The position numbers and the translations under genes were made by a program. Positions 12,926-25,617 of a stretch of DNA of 64,000 nt are shown here, one piece after another. Position 1 is the first letter of the stretch. Each line of letters begins with the position of its first letter. The DNA lies in assembly GCF_030028105.1 (NCBI RefSeq), contig NC_092394.1:4707890-4771889 (forward strand). Reading direction: 5' to 3'. A model generated the notes under the pieces. It was not told where the DNA came from. It ran no database searches and was given only the letters and a program-made list of their open reading frames with translations. Source of the DNA: Mobula birostris. Its lineage: Eukaryota.

Positions 12926-13064
12926 GCTCGGGAGCAGGATGTGGGTCAGATCGTGTCTGCCCTTCACTGCTGTGTCACAGCACTGCCCAGAGAACGTCTC
13001 TGCAGAGTGGCAAGGATCGGAGTCTCGGGACAGATGCACGGAGTTGTACTGTGGAACGAGGAAG
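12926..13064 (+). CDS. SHPK: SHPK coding exon 2
   Basis: ttgcag|AREQDVGQIVSALH...IGVSGQMHGVVLWNEEG|gtaact; 139 nt, phase 0/1. Confidence 0.95.
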
Positions 13065-13427
13065 GTAACTCCGGGAGGCAGCGGAATGAACCTGCCCATG
13101 CTCACAGAGGGAGATCACAGTTTGGAGCCCAGTTAGACTCAGTGTTCAGTTTGTTCTGCACACAACTGAAATCCTTTTACAATAGAATCTCGTTCTTTGT
13201 GTCAATTTGGAAGCTTTAGAGAGGGTGCAGAGTAGATTTACCGGGATGCTGCCTGGATTAGAGAGCGTGCCTTATGAGTGCATTAGGGCTTTTCTCTTTG
13301 ACGAGAAGGAGATTGAGAGGCGACTTGAACAAGTATACAAGGTGATGAGAAGCACAGCGAAGACTTCTCCCAGGGCCCAATTGGCTAATACAAGGGGGCA
13401 TCAATTTAAGGCGATTGCATTACATTT

Positions 13428-14600
13428 TGTAACTCTACTTACGACGCAGTGGCGTAATGACGTATGCCATTCGCGTGCTTTTACAGATAACCCAAAATGC
13501 ATTATATAAGCAACAAAGAATGCTTCATGAAACAATATATTTACAATATTAATAAAATATTAAAGGCACTACACTCTCAGTACTCAGTTATAAACTCCAA
13601 CGTAATATAGATTTCATCCCAACTGAAATATGTAGCATATTGCTCTCTTGTCATCCTATGTATGTATATATACACACAGTTTGCTACATAATACAATGAC
13701 CATACAGACATCCGCAGCATAGTGAACTTTAAATTGTCCCTTTCAAGCCTAAACATTTATCACAGTGAAGGATTTCTTACTCTTATAGGACACCGTATTT
13801 CCTGAGGAGGGTGGGGGTGGGGGTGTGGGGGTCACTCCGCTTGATAGGTCAGACTTACGGCTGTGAAACATTCTCATGTTTTGGGACCTCCTCGGTGGTG
13901 GTTGGAGGAGTTGACTGGGTCTGCAAGAGGTGGTTCTGGCAGCTCTGGACACCTCTCTTCTGGTATCGCAAACCCTGCATGGCGAGCTGCTTAATCTGCT
14001 GATCTACCCTAGGCCACCGGACAAATCCTTGAGCCAAAGCTTTCGTTTTGACATGCTTAGATGACCAGCATGTAGCTCCTCCAGAACTTTAGCTCTCAGC
14101 TTGAATGGTACAACAACTCTCAGTCCCACATGAGCCAACCCCCATCAAGGGCAAGTTCATCCAGGCGCTGGTAAAACTGGGGAACTGGAATTTCTGCTGC
14201 ATGTTCAGCCATTTTTGGTGGCCATGTAGACCTGAGACAGCATGGGGGTCTTTTCTGGTTTCCCTTTGCATTACCTCTACTGTAATAAGGATACTTTCGA
14301 TTTGCATTAAGGAGAATACATCGAGAAAAGAGTCCCCTTTTGTAAATTTTTCAGTATTTCCTTTTCCAAGAATACAATCCATCAGCATTTCCATGATTAG
14401 TTGTTCTCTTGAATTTGATCTGGCAACTGTGCCCTCCAAAAAACAGAGCTCACCTCTGCATTCGTGCTGCTGCTGTCAGTGGAACTCCCTTCTGTTGATT
14501 GAAAATGGACACAAATGGTTGAAGATCAGTAATGAGGGTAAACTTACTTCAGAAAGTCTGATCACCTGGCTGTACTTCTACTGCCTGAGTACAGGCAGAG
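13428..14600 (-). mobile_element. Degenerate Gypsy/Ty3 LTR retrotransposon fragment (short putative LTR 13428-13573 plus pol remnants)
   Basis: TGTA...TACA termini at 13428/13573. Minus strand carries an RYPxRxRxP-like integrase tail and a post-RNaseH segment (IQIESILITVEVMQRETRKDP). Confidence 0.55.
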
Positions 14601-15535
14601 ACTGAAGACTGCAGCTCCAGCCGTGAGGATTCTGACAGGCTGCATCTCTATAGATGTACCATGGAGAGCTTCAGCGCAGGACCGAAAGAAGCTATAGAAA
14701 GTTGTAAAAATAGTCAGCTTCATCTTGGGTACTACTCTCCGTAGTATCCAAGACATCTTCAAAGAGCGGTGCCTCAGAATGATAGGACATGCCCTTTTCT
14801 GACTGTTACCATCAGGAAGGTGGTACAGACACACACTCAGCGATTCCAGAACAGCTTCTTCCCCTCTGCCACCCAATTCCTACATGGACATTGAACCCTT
14901 GAACACCACCTCACTTCTTTTAAATGTATATACCTTTGAAAGGAAGCTTCCAAGTACGCAGGACTGGTCAGCAACTGTCAGCAGGCTGGATGGAGAGCGA
15001 GGTGTCTCCCAGTGGAGGTTGGTTGTAGGGGATTTGTAGCCCATTCTTTAGTTAGAGCCTTCAGCAATTTGGGCATCGAGGGAGAGAGGAAGAGGAGAGC
15101 CATCTGCAGTACCACCGATGCGGCAGAGAGGGCCTCAAGATGGCTGTGGCTCAAAAGAGGGGAGCCATGGAGTCACAAGTAGCTAGCCATCTGGACACAA
15201 GCTGGGGTCTGATCAGCCCCCGATGGGTCACCTGGAGGAGGGTGTATGATGTTGAAAGACCCGAAACACCCGATGATTCCAGGAACATCACTGGAGATGT
15301 GTCCAGAAGCATCAATAGATGTATGTACACAACAGATTTCTCTTTTTGTACTATTTTTGATCTTTTCAATATACATATATGTACTTACTGTAATTTATTT
15401 ATTTATATGTTTTCTTTCTATGTATCACATTGAACTGCTGCTGCTAAGTTAACAAATTTCACGCCACGTGCCAGTGATAATGAATCTGATTCTGACTGAA
15501 TCTCTGTCCCATTCCCACACCAGGCTGAACGCTTC

Positions 15536-15900
15536 TCAGTCAGTCTGTGCAGCAGTGAGGGGATGTGGTGCAAAGACTATAGTGTGCTCACTTCCATCAC
15601 TCCTAACAAGTGACATAACTATACCTGTACCGTAAAGCAAGGCATCACGGGCAAGCTTCGCTGAATGATGTCGATCATAATGTGTGAGTACGGTGTCTGA
15701 CATCACTATTTCCTTTACCTTTTTGAAAGCCATGTCACACTGCCCTGTCCATTGCCACTTCTTCCCGATCTGTAGTAATGAATTCAACCAGTAGCCAGGT
15801 TTGGCAGGAATCCGTTACAGTAATTGACAAATTGCAAAAAGGACTGCAACTGTGACACATCCTTTGGCATTAGGGCATCCACCACTGCTTGAATTTTTTC
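15536..15900 (-). mobile_element. Gypsy RT/RNaseH fragment
   Basis: LLQIGKKWQWTGQCDMAFKKVKEIVMSDTVLTHYD...LARDA..YG.G.VMS...DGSEHTIVFA is the RT connection / RNaseH start. Confidence 0.8.
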
Positions 15901-16779
15901 AGCACACTTGTGAAATGCCAGCCACACCACTGCCTCCACGGATGCTGACTGACGTGTGGAGTTCTCCGGCTATTTGTTTCCCCGCTGCAGGTTCCATCAC
16001 CTGCAGACTCTTGTGCCTCTTTGGTACGACGCTGTTATGCTCACTGCATTGCCAGTGCCACTTGCAACAGCTTCACCTCAATGTGGAACAACTTTCCTCT
16101 CTCTCTCTTAATCCCCCTACAAATCAGAATCACTGGCATACAGCATGTTGTGAATGTTGTTGTGTTGCAGCAACAGTACATTAGAAAAAATTCTATAAGG
16201 TGCAACAAGAAATGTAAAAACTAAAGTTGTGTAAAGAGAGAGCAGGATAGTGAGGTAGTGACATGGGTTCATGAACCATTCAAAGATCGGATGGCAGAGG
16301 GGAAGAAGCTGTTCCTGAAGCATTGAGTGTGTGTCTTCAGGCTCCTGTACCTCCTCCCTGAAGGCAACAATGAGAAGAGGCCATGCTCCGGATTCTGAGA
16401 GTTCTTCACGAGGGAGGGCACCGTGCTGAGGCCTCGCTTTAGAGGGTGTCCTCGATGGTGGGGAGGTTAGTGTCCATGAGGAAGCTGGCTTGAGTTTACA
16501 ACGCTGTGCTTTATTCCCAATCCTGTGTAATGTCTCCTCCGTATCAGTCGGTGGAATCAGAAACAGGTTTAATATGTCATCAAATTTGTTGTCTTTGCAA
16601 TAGAGAGAGAAAAAACTGAATTACCATAAGTACATATTAAATAGTTAAATAAGTTGTGCAAAAATAGAAATAAAAAGTAGTGAGGGAGAGTTCAAGGGTT
16701 CAATGTCCGTTCAGAAATCAGATGGCAGAGGAGAAGAAGCTGTTTCTGAATCGCTGAGTGTGTACCTCCTCCCTGAGGG

Positions 16780-18062
16780 TGTCTTGAGAGGCTGGTGTTG
16801 AAGCATACCAGCTCCTGTCTGAATGGTAACTTGGATCTGCTCCAGTTCACCTACCGAAGCAACAGGTCTACGGCAGATGCTATCTCGTTGGCTCCTCACA
16901 CAACCCTGGAACATCTAAACGGCAAAGATGCATACATCAGGATGCTCTTTATCAGTCACATCATCATCCTCTCAAAACTAATCAGCAAACTCGAAGATCT
17001 GGGCCTCAATATTGCTCTTGCAATTGGATCCTGAATTTCCCCACTTGCAGACCCAGTGAGTTTGGATTGGCAAAAATCTCCACAATCTCCATCAGCACAG
17101 GAGCACCACAGGGGTGTGTGCTTTGCCCCCTGCCTGACTCGCTTTACACCTGTGACTGTGTGGCTAAGCACATCTCCAACACCCTATACCAGTTTGCTGA
17201 TGACACCACTGTTGTGGGCCGTATCAAAAGGGGTGATGAATCAGCATGCAGGAGGGAGATTCAGAACTTGGCTGAGTGTTGTAATAACAATGTCAATAAG
17301 ACCATGGAACTGATTGTAGACTTCAGGAGAGGGAAACTAGAGCTCCGTGAGCCAGGAGTCACTGGAGGATCAGAGCTGGAGAGTGCCAGTAACTTTAAAT
17401 TCCTGGGTGTCACTCTCTCAGAGGACCTGTCCTGAACCTATCATGTAAATATAATTGCGAAGAAAGCTCAACAGCGCCTCTACTTCCTCAGGAGTCTGCG
17501 GAGATTTGGCATGTCATGGAAAACCCTGGCAAACTTCTATAGCTGTGTGGTGGGAAGTGTGCTGACTGGCTGCATCACAGCCTGGTATGGGAACACCAAT
17601 GCCTTTGAGTGGAAAATCCTACAAAAGATAGTGGGTTTGGCTCAGTACATCACGGGTAAAACTCTCCCAACCATTGAGCACATCTACATAAAATACTGCC
17701 TTAGATAAACAGCATCCATCATCAAAGTTCCTCACCACCCGGGCCAGGCTCCTTTCTCACTGCTGCCATCAGGTAGAAGGTACAAGAGCATCGGGACTCA
17801 AGAACAGTTGCTAACCCTCAACCATCAGGCTCTTGAACAAAAGGGGAAAACTACACTCATTTAAGACTCTGTAATATTGTTATTTCATGCTCATTATTTA
17901 TTGCTATTTATTTATATCTGCGTTTGCTCAGTTTGGTGACAGCTTACAGTTCCCAATGTTTACAGTTACTGTTCTACAGATTTGCTGAGTGTGTCCGCAG
18001 AGAAAGAATCTCAGGGTTGTATGCGGTGATGTGTATGTACTCTGATAATAAAGTTTACTTTG
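16780..18062 (+). mobile_element. Rex1/Babar-like non-LTR retrotransposon 3' portion (frameshifted)
   Basis: DLLQFTYRSNRSTADAI, TGAPQGCVLCPL, QFADDTTVVGRI, FKFLGV, GCITAWYGN, followed by a 3' UTR ending aataaagttt. Confidence 0.85.
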
Positions 18063-18317
18063 GTAGCAACGAGAGCAAGGCCTGATCTGGGTGAGGAGGT
18101 CCTGAATGCTGGATGCTGCTTTTTTGAGGCATCGCTCCTTGAAGATGTCCTGGAATGCTGCCACCACACACCTGTAGAAATTTGCTCGAGTGTTTGGTGA
18201 CATACCAGCTCTGTCATCTTGGGGTTTGTTGCTGGTCTGGGAAACCAAAATCACTGCCATCTACTTTGCCCTGTCGAAGTCACTGCGTCAAATGGCTGTT
18301 TGATCTGCTGTTTACAG

Positions 18318-18501
18318 GATGCAAGTGGCAGGAGACAGAAGCAGGCTTCACCTTCCAGCCTGGGGAGACGAGTCACCTGGTCACGTGGCAAGACGGTCGG
18401 TGCCACCATGCTTTTCTCGCCTCGCTCCCGCAGCCCGACTCCCACCTCGCCCTCGCCTCCGGCTTCGGCTGTGCCACCATTTTCTGGTACACGAGAAACA
18501 G
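18318..18501 (+). CDS. SHPK: SHPK coding exon 3
   Basis: tttacag|GCKWQETEAG...SHLVTWQDGRC...LASGFGCATIFWYTRNR|gtagat; 184 nt, phase 1/2. Confidence 0.95.
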
Positions 18502-18744
18502 GTAGATGTTTCTGCATTTTCTCTCAGGCGCTGTCAAGATTTACCAGCTTTTCTGAAGCATAAGGGCTTTTGTTCCTGAAATCCAGGTCAGTGTAAACAG
18601 AGGGAGACTTGCATTTATAAAGTGACTTCACCATCTCAGACTTCCCAGACTGCTTCTCAAGTTCAATTGTCATTCAACCATACACATGAATACAGCCAAA
18701 GTGCAAGGCACAATGCCAACAGTCACACACAGCACATATAGGCC

Positions 18745-20855
18745 ATAAGACATCGGAGTAGGATTCGGCCATTTGGCCCATCGAGTCTGCTCTGCCATTT
18801 AATCATGGCTGATCCTTTTCTCCCCTCCTCAGCCTCATTCCTCGGCCTTCTCCCCGTAACCTTTGATGCCGTGGCCAATCAAGAGCCTATCCATCTCTGC
18901 TTTAAATACACCCAATGACCTAGCCTCTGCGGCTGCCTGTGGTAACAAATTCCACAAATTCACCACCCTCTGGCTAAAGAAATTTCTCCGCATCTGTTTT
19001 AAATGGATGCCCCTCTATCCTGAAGCTGTGCCCTCTTGTCTGAGACTTCCCCCACCATGGAAAACATCCTTTCCACATCTACTCAATCTAGGCTTTTCAA
19101 CATTCTTCTAAGTTCAGCATTTGCCTTCCTCACCACCAACTCAACCTGCAAGTTAACCTTCAGGATGTTCTGCACAAGGACTCCCAAGTCCCTTTGCATT
19201 TCAGATTTTTGGATTTTCTCCCCGTTTAGAAAATAGTCCACACATTTATTTCTTCTACTGAAGTGCATGACCATACATTTTCCAACATTGTATTTCATTT
19301 GCCACTTCCTTGCCAACTCTCCAAATCTGTCTTAAGTCCTTCTGCAGCCTTCCTGTTTCCTCAACACTACCTGCCCCTGCACCAATCTTCATATCATCTG
19401 CAAACTTGGCAACAAAGCCATTTATTCCATCATCTAAGTCATTCATATACAGCATAAAAAGCAGTCCCAACACCAACCCCTGTGGAACACCACTAGTCAC
19501 TGGCAGCCAACCAGAAAAGGATCTTTTTATTCGCACTCGCTACCTCCTACCAATCAGCCAGTGCTCTAACCATGCCAGTAACTTTCCTGTAATATCATGG
19601 GTTCTTAACTTGGTAAGCAGCCTCATCTGTGGCACCTTGTCAAAGGCCTTCTGAAAATCCAATATACAACATCCACTGCATCCCCTTTATCTACCCTACT
19701 TGTAATCTCCTCAAAGAATTGCAACAGGTTTGTCAGGCAAGATTTTCCTTTAAGGAAACCAAACTGACTTTGTCCTAACTTATCCTGTGTCACCAAGTAC
19801 TCCATAACCTCATCCTTAACAACCATCTCTAACGTCTTCCCAACCACTGAGGTCAGGCTAACTGGTCTTTAATTTCCTTTCTGCTGCCTCCCTCCTTTCT
19901 TAAAGAGTGATATTTGCAATATCCCATTCCTCCAGAACCATGCCAAAGTCCAGTGATTCTTGAAAGATCATTACTAATGCCTCCACAATCTCTACCGCTA
20001 CCTCTTTCAGAACCCTTGGGTGCAGTTCATCTGGTCCAGGTAACTTCTGCACATTTAGGTTTTTCAACTTTTTGAACAACTTCTCCCTTGTAACAACAAC
20101 TGAACCCACTTCTCTTCTCTCACACCCTTCAACACCTGGCACACTGCTTGTGTCTTCCACATTGAAGACTGATGCAAAATATTCATTCAGTTCATCTGCC
20201 ATCTCCTTGTCCCCCGTTATTATTTCTCCGGCTTCATTTTCTAGCAGTCCTATATCCACTCTCATCTCTCTTTTATTTTTTATATACTTGAAAAGGCTTT
20301 ATCTATCCACCTTGATATTGTTTGCTAGCTTGCTTTCATATTTCATCTTTTTCCTCCTAATGTTTCTTTTAGTTGCTTTCTGTAGGTGTTTAAAAGCTTC
20401 CTAATCCTCTGCCTTCCTGCTAACATTTGCTTTGTTGTATGCCACACTCTTTTGCTTACATTAGCTTTGACTTCCCTTGTCAGCCACGGTTTTTGTACTA
20501 TTTTGCCATTTGAGTATTTCTTTGTTTTTGGAATCCATCTATCCTGCGCCTTCCTCATTTTTCCCAGAAACTCACGCCATTGCTGCTCTGCTGTCATCCC
20601 TGCCAGCATCTCCTTCCAATTTTCTTTGGCCAATTCCTCTCTCATACCACTGTAATTTTCTTTACTCCACTGAAATACTGCTACATCACTTTACTTTCTC
20701 CCTATCAAATTTCAAATCATACTCAATCATATTGTGATCACTGCCTCCTAAGGGCTCCTTTACCTTAAGCTCCCTAATTGTGTCCAGTTCATTACTTAAC
20801 ACCCAATCCAGTATAGCTGATCCCCTAGTAGGCTCAACGACAAACTGCTCTAAAA
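18745..20855 (-). mobile_element. CR1 LINE ORF2, degenerate (endonuclease end to RT and 3' tail)
   Basis: EPTRGSAILDWVL..LGGSDHNMI, PGPDELHPRVLKE, GFLKGKSCLTNLL, SGVPQG, KFADD, RDLGVLV. Contains frameshifts and an internal deletion. Confidence 0.9.
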
Positions 20856-21286
20856 GTGCAAGACCTTCCTGTAATAAATTGTTATTATTAATTTTATTTA
20901 GAGATACAACATGGAACTGGCCCTTCCGGCCCTTCAAACCGCACCACCCAGCAACCGCCAATTTAACCCTAGCCTAACCATGGGACAATTAATAATGACC
21001 AATTAACCTACCAACCGGTGCACCTTTGGTGTGTGGGAGGAAACCCATGCAGTCATGGGGTACAGACTCTTTACAGATGAACCCCGAACTCCAACGCCCC
21101 GAGCTGTAATAGCATCATGCTGACCGTGGTGCCCAAGATGGTCTCCATCAGCAACACTGTCAAACTTAATGCCCTAAAGGAGTTTCAAAATTCAGTAGAA
21201 GTCGGGGACTATTTCTGCAATTTACTTTCAACTTGAAGGCGCTTTTTATGTTGTCTGAAATGTAATCTCGTCATCTTGCTTTCCAG

Positions 21287-21439
21287 ACACCAGTTTCTGC
21301 AGAACTTTACTGCAGCGGGGACCATCCAGGACTACGTTGTTGCTGCCTTGTGTGGACTCAGGAAACCTCTGATGTCTGCCCAGAACGCTGCCAGCTGGGG
21401 GTACTTTAATACCAGATGTGGCACTTGGAATCTGCGAAT
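21287..21439 (+). CDS. SHPK: SHPK coding exon 4
   Basis: ttccag|HQFLQNFTAAGTIQDYVVAALCGLRKPLMSAQNAASWGYFNTRCGTWNLR|gtgagt; 153 nt, phase 2/2. Not in the ORF track. Confidence 0.95.
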
Positions 21440-22026
21440 GTGAGTCTACACCGGAAAAGCAAACGTCAAACGACATCACGCAATTTCTGATGGAGCCACG
21501 TTCCCCCATAGTCAGCAGTTCAAAGTGTGTCACACAGTTTAGGTTTGAATCATCTTGTTTGGCCTGACACTGGAGTGAGAGGAGATTCAATAGAGGCTTT
21601 CAAAATGATGAGGGGTATAGACAGAGTCATGGCAAGTCGGCTTTTCCCACTGAGCTTGGGTGAGACTACAACTAGGGTCATGAGTTAAGGGTGAAAAGTG
21701 AAATATCTGAGGGGAACCTGAGCGGAAACTTCTTCACTCAGAGGGTGGTGAGTGTGTGGAACGAGCTGCATTTGTGCAAGTAGTGGATTCAGGTTCAATT
21801 TCAACTTTTAAGGGAGGTTTGGAAAAGTACATGAAGGGTTATGGTCCAGATCCTGATGGGATGAGGCAGAATAACAGTTCAGCATGGACTAGATGGGCCG
21901 AAGGGTGCTCTATGAACAATGGAAGACTTTGAGCATTAGAATTAACGTATTCTGGGTCCAGCATGGCTTAGACACAGGGTAAAGCACTCAAGAACACTCA
22001 GCTATTTTCATTCCTTCGTCTTGCAG

Positions 22027-22202
22027 ATTGACGGAGTCAGGATTTCCCACACGTTTGCTGCCTGACATTATGGAATCGGGTTCAGTGGCTGGAATGACCA
22101 TTTGTGAATGGTGCGGTGTGCCGAAGGGAACGGAGGTTGGTGTGGCCCTGGGCGACTTACAATGCTCCGTATACTCCTGCATGGCTAACAAGACTGATGC
22201 AG
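22027..22202 (+). CDS. SHPK: SHPK coding exon 5
   Basis: ttgcag|LTESGFPTRLLP...VGVALGDLQCSVYSCMANKTDA|gtagga; 176 nt, phase 2/1. Confidence 0.95.
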
Positions 22203-22309
22203 GTAGGAGTAGAGGGAAGGGCTTAACTTTACTTCATAGAGTTAGTGCATCTTGCTTCACCTTCTGTTCAGACACATGGATCCTACTGTTAGAACGTGGT
22301 GGACAGGGG

Positions 22310-23110
22310 CAGTCAAAGACAGCATAAAAGCAAAGGATGGGTGTGGCATACAATAGAGTAATTTAGATGGAAGCTCGATGATTGGAAAGCTTTGAAAAAC
22401 CAACAGAAGGCAAATAAAAAAGCAATAAGGAGAGGGAAAGATGAAGTATGAGGGTAAGCTAGCCAATAATATAAAAGAGGATACCAAAAGTTGTTTTCAG
22501 ATACATAAAGAGTAAAAGAGAGGCAGGAGTAGATATTGAAACACTGAAAAATGATACTAGAGAGGTAGTAATGGGGGATAAAGAAATGGCAGATGAACTG
22601 AATAAGAATTTTCATCATTTAAGAGAAATTTGGATAGGTACCTGAATGGGAGAGGTATGGAAGGCTATGGTCCAGATGCAGGTCAATGGGACTAGGCAGA
22701 CTAGATGGACTGAAGGGCCTGTTTCTGTACTGTAGACCTCTTTGACTCTATTTTGCATCAGTCTTTGCTGTGGAAGACACGAGCAGTATGCCAGAAAGTC
22801 GACTGTGTCAGGGGCCGAAGTGAGTGTCGTTGCTGTGAATAAGGAGAAGATATAAGTCACCTGGACCAGATAGACTACACCTCTGGGCTCCGAAGGAGGT
22901 AGCTGATGGGATTGTGGATGCATTAGTAATGACCTTTCAAGAATCAATGGATTCTGGCATGGTTCTGGAGGGCTGGAAAATTGCAAATGTCACTCTACTC
23001 TTCAAGAGGGAGGGAGGCAGAAGAAAGGAGATTACCGGCCAGTCAGCCTGACCCCAGTGGTTGGAAAGCTGTTGTCTCTATTGTTTCGGACGAGGTTTCG
23101 GAGTATTTGG
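22310..23110 (+). mobile_element. CR1 ORF2 internal fragment interrupted at ~22620-22750 by a CR1-like 3' tail
   Basis: Homologous to the reverse complement of ~19800-20480. Confidence 0.7.
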
Positions 23111-23196
23111 ATTCACGTGTGTCTCCTGTTCTGTGAGCGTATTCATAGATGGTTGTCACTAAGCAGCCACTGATTAACATCTCCCTTCGTTTCCAG

Positions 23197-23397
23197 TTTT
23201 GAACATCAGCACATCTGCCCAGCTGTGCTTTGCCCTGCCACCTGACTTCCAGCCACCAGACTGTCCCAACACCACCAGCAGCATCGCGTATTTCCCATAC
23301 CTGGACAGGACGTACCTGGCTGTGGCAGCAGCCCTCAACGGTGGCAATGTGCTGTCCTGCTTTGTCAGCATGTTGAAACAGTGGATGCAGGAGTTTG
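23197..23397 (+). CDS. SHPK: SHPK coding exon 6
   Basis: ttccag|VLNISTSAQL...YFPYLDRTYLAVAAALNGGNVL...WMQEFG|gtaagg; 201 nt, phase 1/1. Confidence 0.95.
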
Positions 23398-23524
23398 GTA
23401 AGGTAGCCCTCTCTGCTCCAGGGAACACACCAACTAAACCTGACAGACCGCCATAACTATCTCTCCCACTATCACCATCCTTGCCACCAATCTCCCCCTC
23501 CAAACCCTTCCTGTTTCTCCGTCC

Positions 23525-24220
23525 ATCTGCGTCCCCACCCCTCTGCACTCCGTCCCCACCCCTCTGCACTCCGTCCCCACCCCTCTCCCCTCCGACCCAC
23601 CCCTCTCCCCTCCGCCCTCACCCCTCTCCCCTCCATCCCACCTCCGTCCTCACCCCTCTCCCCTCCGTCCCACCTCCATCCTCACCCCTCTCCCCTCCGT
23701 CCTCACCCCTCTCCCCTCCGCCCCACCTCCGTCCTCACCCCTCTCCCCTCTGTCCTCACCCCTCTCCCCTCCGCCCCACCTCCGTCCTCGCCTCTCTCCC
23801 CTCCGCCCTCACCCCTCTCCCCTCCACCCTCACCCCTCTCCCCTCCATCCCACCTCCGTCCTCACCCCTCTCTCTTCTGTCCTCACCCCTCTCCCCTCCG
23901 CCCCACCTCCATCCTCGCCTCTCTCCCCTCCGCCCTCACCCCTCTCCCCTCCGCCCTCACCCCTCTCCCCTCCGCCCCACCTCCGTCCTCACCCCTCTCC
24001 CCTCCGCCCCACCTCCATCCTCGCCTCTCTCCCCTCCGCCCTCACCCCTCTCCCCTCCGCCCTCACCCCTCTCCCCTCCGCCCCACCTCCGTCCTCACCC
24101 CTCTCCCCTCCGCCCCACCTCCGTCCTCGCCTCTCTCCCCTCCGCCCTCACCCCTCTCCCCTCCATCCTCACCCCTCTCCCCTCCGCCCCACCTCCGCCC
24201 TTGCCTCTCTCCCCACCGCC
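23525..24220. repeat. C/T-rich minisatellite (units like cctcacccctctcccctccg with ccccacctccg variants)
   Basis: Directly visible degenerate ~21/32 bp tandem units in SHPK intron 6. Confidence 0.9.
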
Positions 24221-25222
24221 ACATGTTCCAGCACTGACCACGTTCAGCAGAAACCCACAGGCGAGGACAACACAACCACAAAGAGTACCATGAAGACAAG
24301 GCCCGTTTCCACTCCACTCCATCCCCAGTCCTTGCCTGGATATCACAGACTCAGACTCGGGGCTTCCGATTTCCAGACACAAGGACAGGAATTTGTCAAA
24401 ACCCTGCGTCTAGTCGTCCTTGTTGGAAATGAGTTGGGCTTGGGGTTGGTTCATCTTGTTGGTGAGAAATGTTTAGACACAATTTTTCATCATCAGAACT
24501 CGTGGAAATCAGGCCTTTAATCATCGATGAGGTGATTTTAAAAAGTGTAATTATTTATTTGGTGATACGGGGCGGAGTGGGTCCCTCTGACTGCACCCAC
24601 AACCCTGATTAACCGTAATCTAATGACTGGACAGCTTACAATGTGGGAGGAGACCAGAGGACCCAGAGGAAACCCAGGTGGTCTCAGGGAGAACGTACAG
24701 AGACTCCCCACAGAATGCACCGGAACTGAACTCCGGAACGCCCTGAGCTGTAACCGTGCCGAGCTCCCTCGGCATTCAGCGGGAGATGGTTAAATCTTTG
24801 TTCTGTGAACAACAGAGTCTGATTGGATTAATTTGTGCATCTGTCCATGGCTCCAGATAGGGATAGAGATGGATCTTATTTGTCATGTGTTCATCAAAAC
24901 ATTAAAGCACTCAATGAAACGTGTCATTTTCACAACTCACACAGTCCGAGGATGTGCTGGGGGCAGCCTGCAAGTGTCCCCACACTTCCGTTGCCAACAT
25001 AGCGTGGCCTCTAACCGGTCCGTCCTTGGACTGTGGGAGGAAACCAGAGCACCCGGAGGAAACCCACATGGTCATGGGGAGATCGTACAAACTCCTCACA
25101 GCCATTGAACCCAGGTCACTGGTGCTGCGTCACCCCTCGTACTAACTGACACTAGTCTGCCACCAGTGTTCACAGCTTCTCGACGAGCTCGAGGTTGATT
25201 GGTCTTATCTTGGCCCCCACAG

Positions 25223-25617
25223 GTCTGGATGTGCCCGACTGCACCATCTACTCCCAGGCGATAACCTCAGCCTTGAGCGTCACCCACACTGAGCTCGTGG
25301 TGGAGGCCACCGTGTTTGGAGAGAGGCACTTGCCGGGCCGGCTGGGCTGCGTCACCAACATCTCCCCTTCCAGCCTCTCGCTGGGCCATGTGACCAGAGC
25401 CCTGTGCCGCGGCGTCGTGCACAACCTGCACTCCATGCTGCCCGGCCAGCGGCTGGCCGAGTCCGGGGTGCGCACGATCGTGGGCAGTGGCAGTGCGCTG
25501 GCCAGGAACCCCGTCCTGAAGCAGGAGCTGGAGAAGATCTTCACGCTGCCCATTGTGTACAGGGAGATGGCCGACTCGGCGGTCGGCGTTGCCATGGTGA
25601 TGCTTGACCGGGTGTAG
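25223..25617 (+). CDS. SHPK: SHPK coding exon 7 (terminal)
   Basis: ccacag|GLDVPDC...VFGERHLP...LSLGHVTRALCRGVV.NLHSMLP...IVGSGSALARNPVL...ADSAVGVAMVMLDRV*. Joined CDS is 1404 nt = 467 aa plus stop, with all phases consistent. Confidence 0.96.

Noticed and set aside
23481-24293. 270-aa Pro/Ser-rich ORF
   Set aside because: Translation of an intronic C/T minisatellite; no splice or codon evidence.
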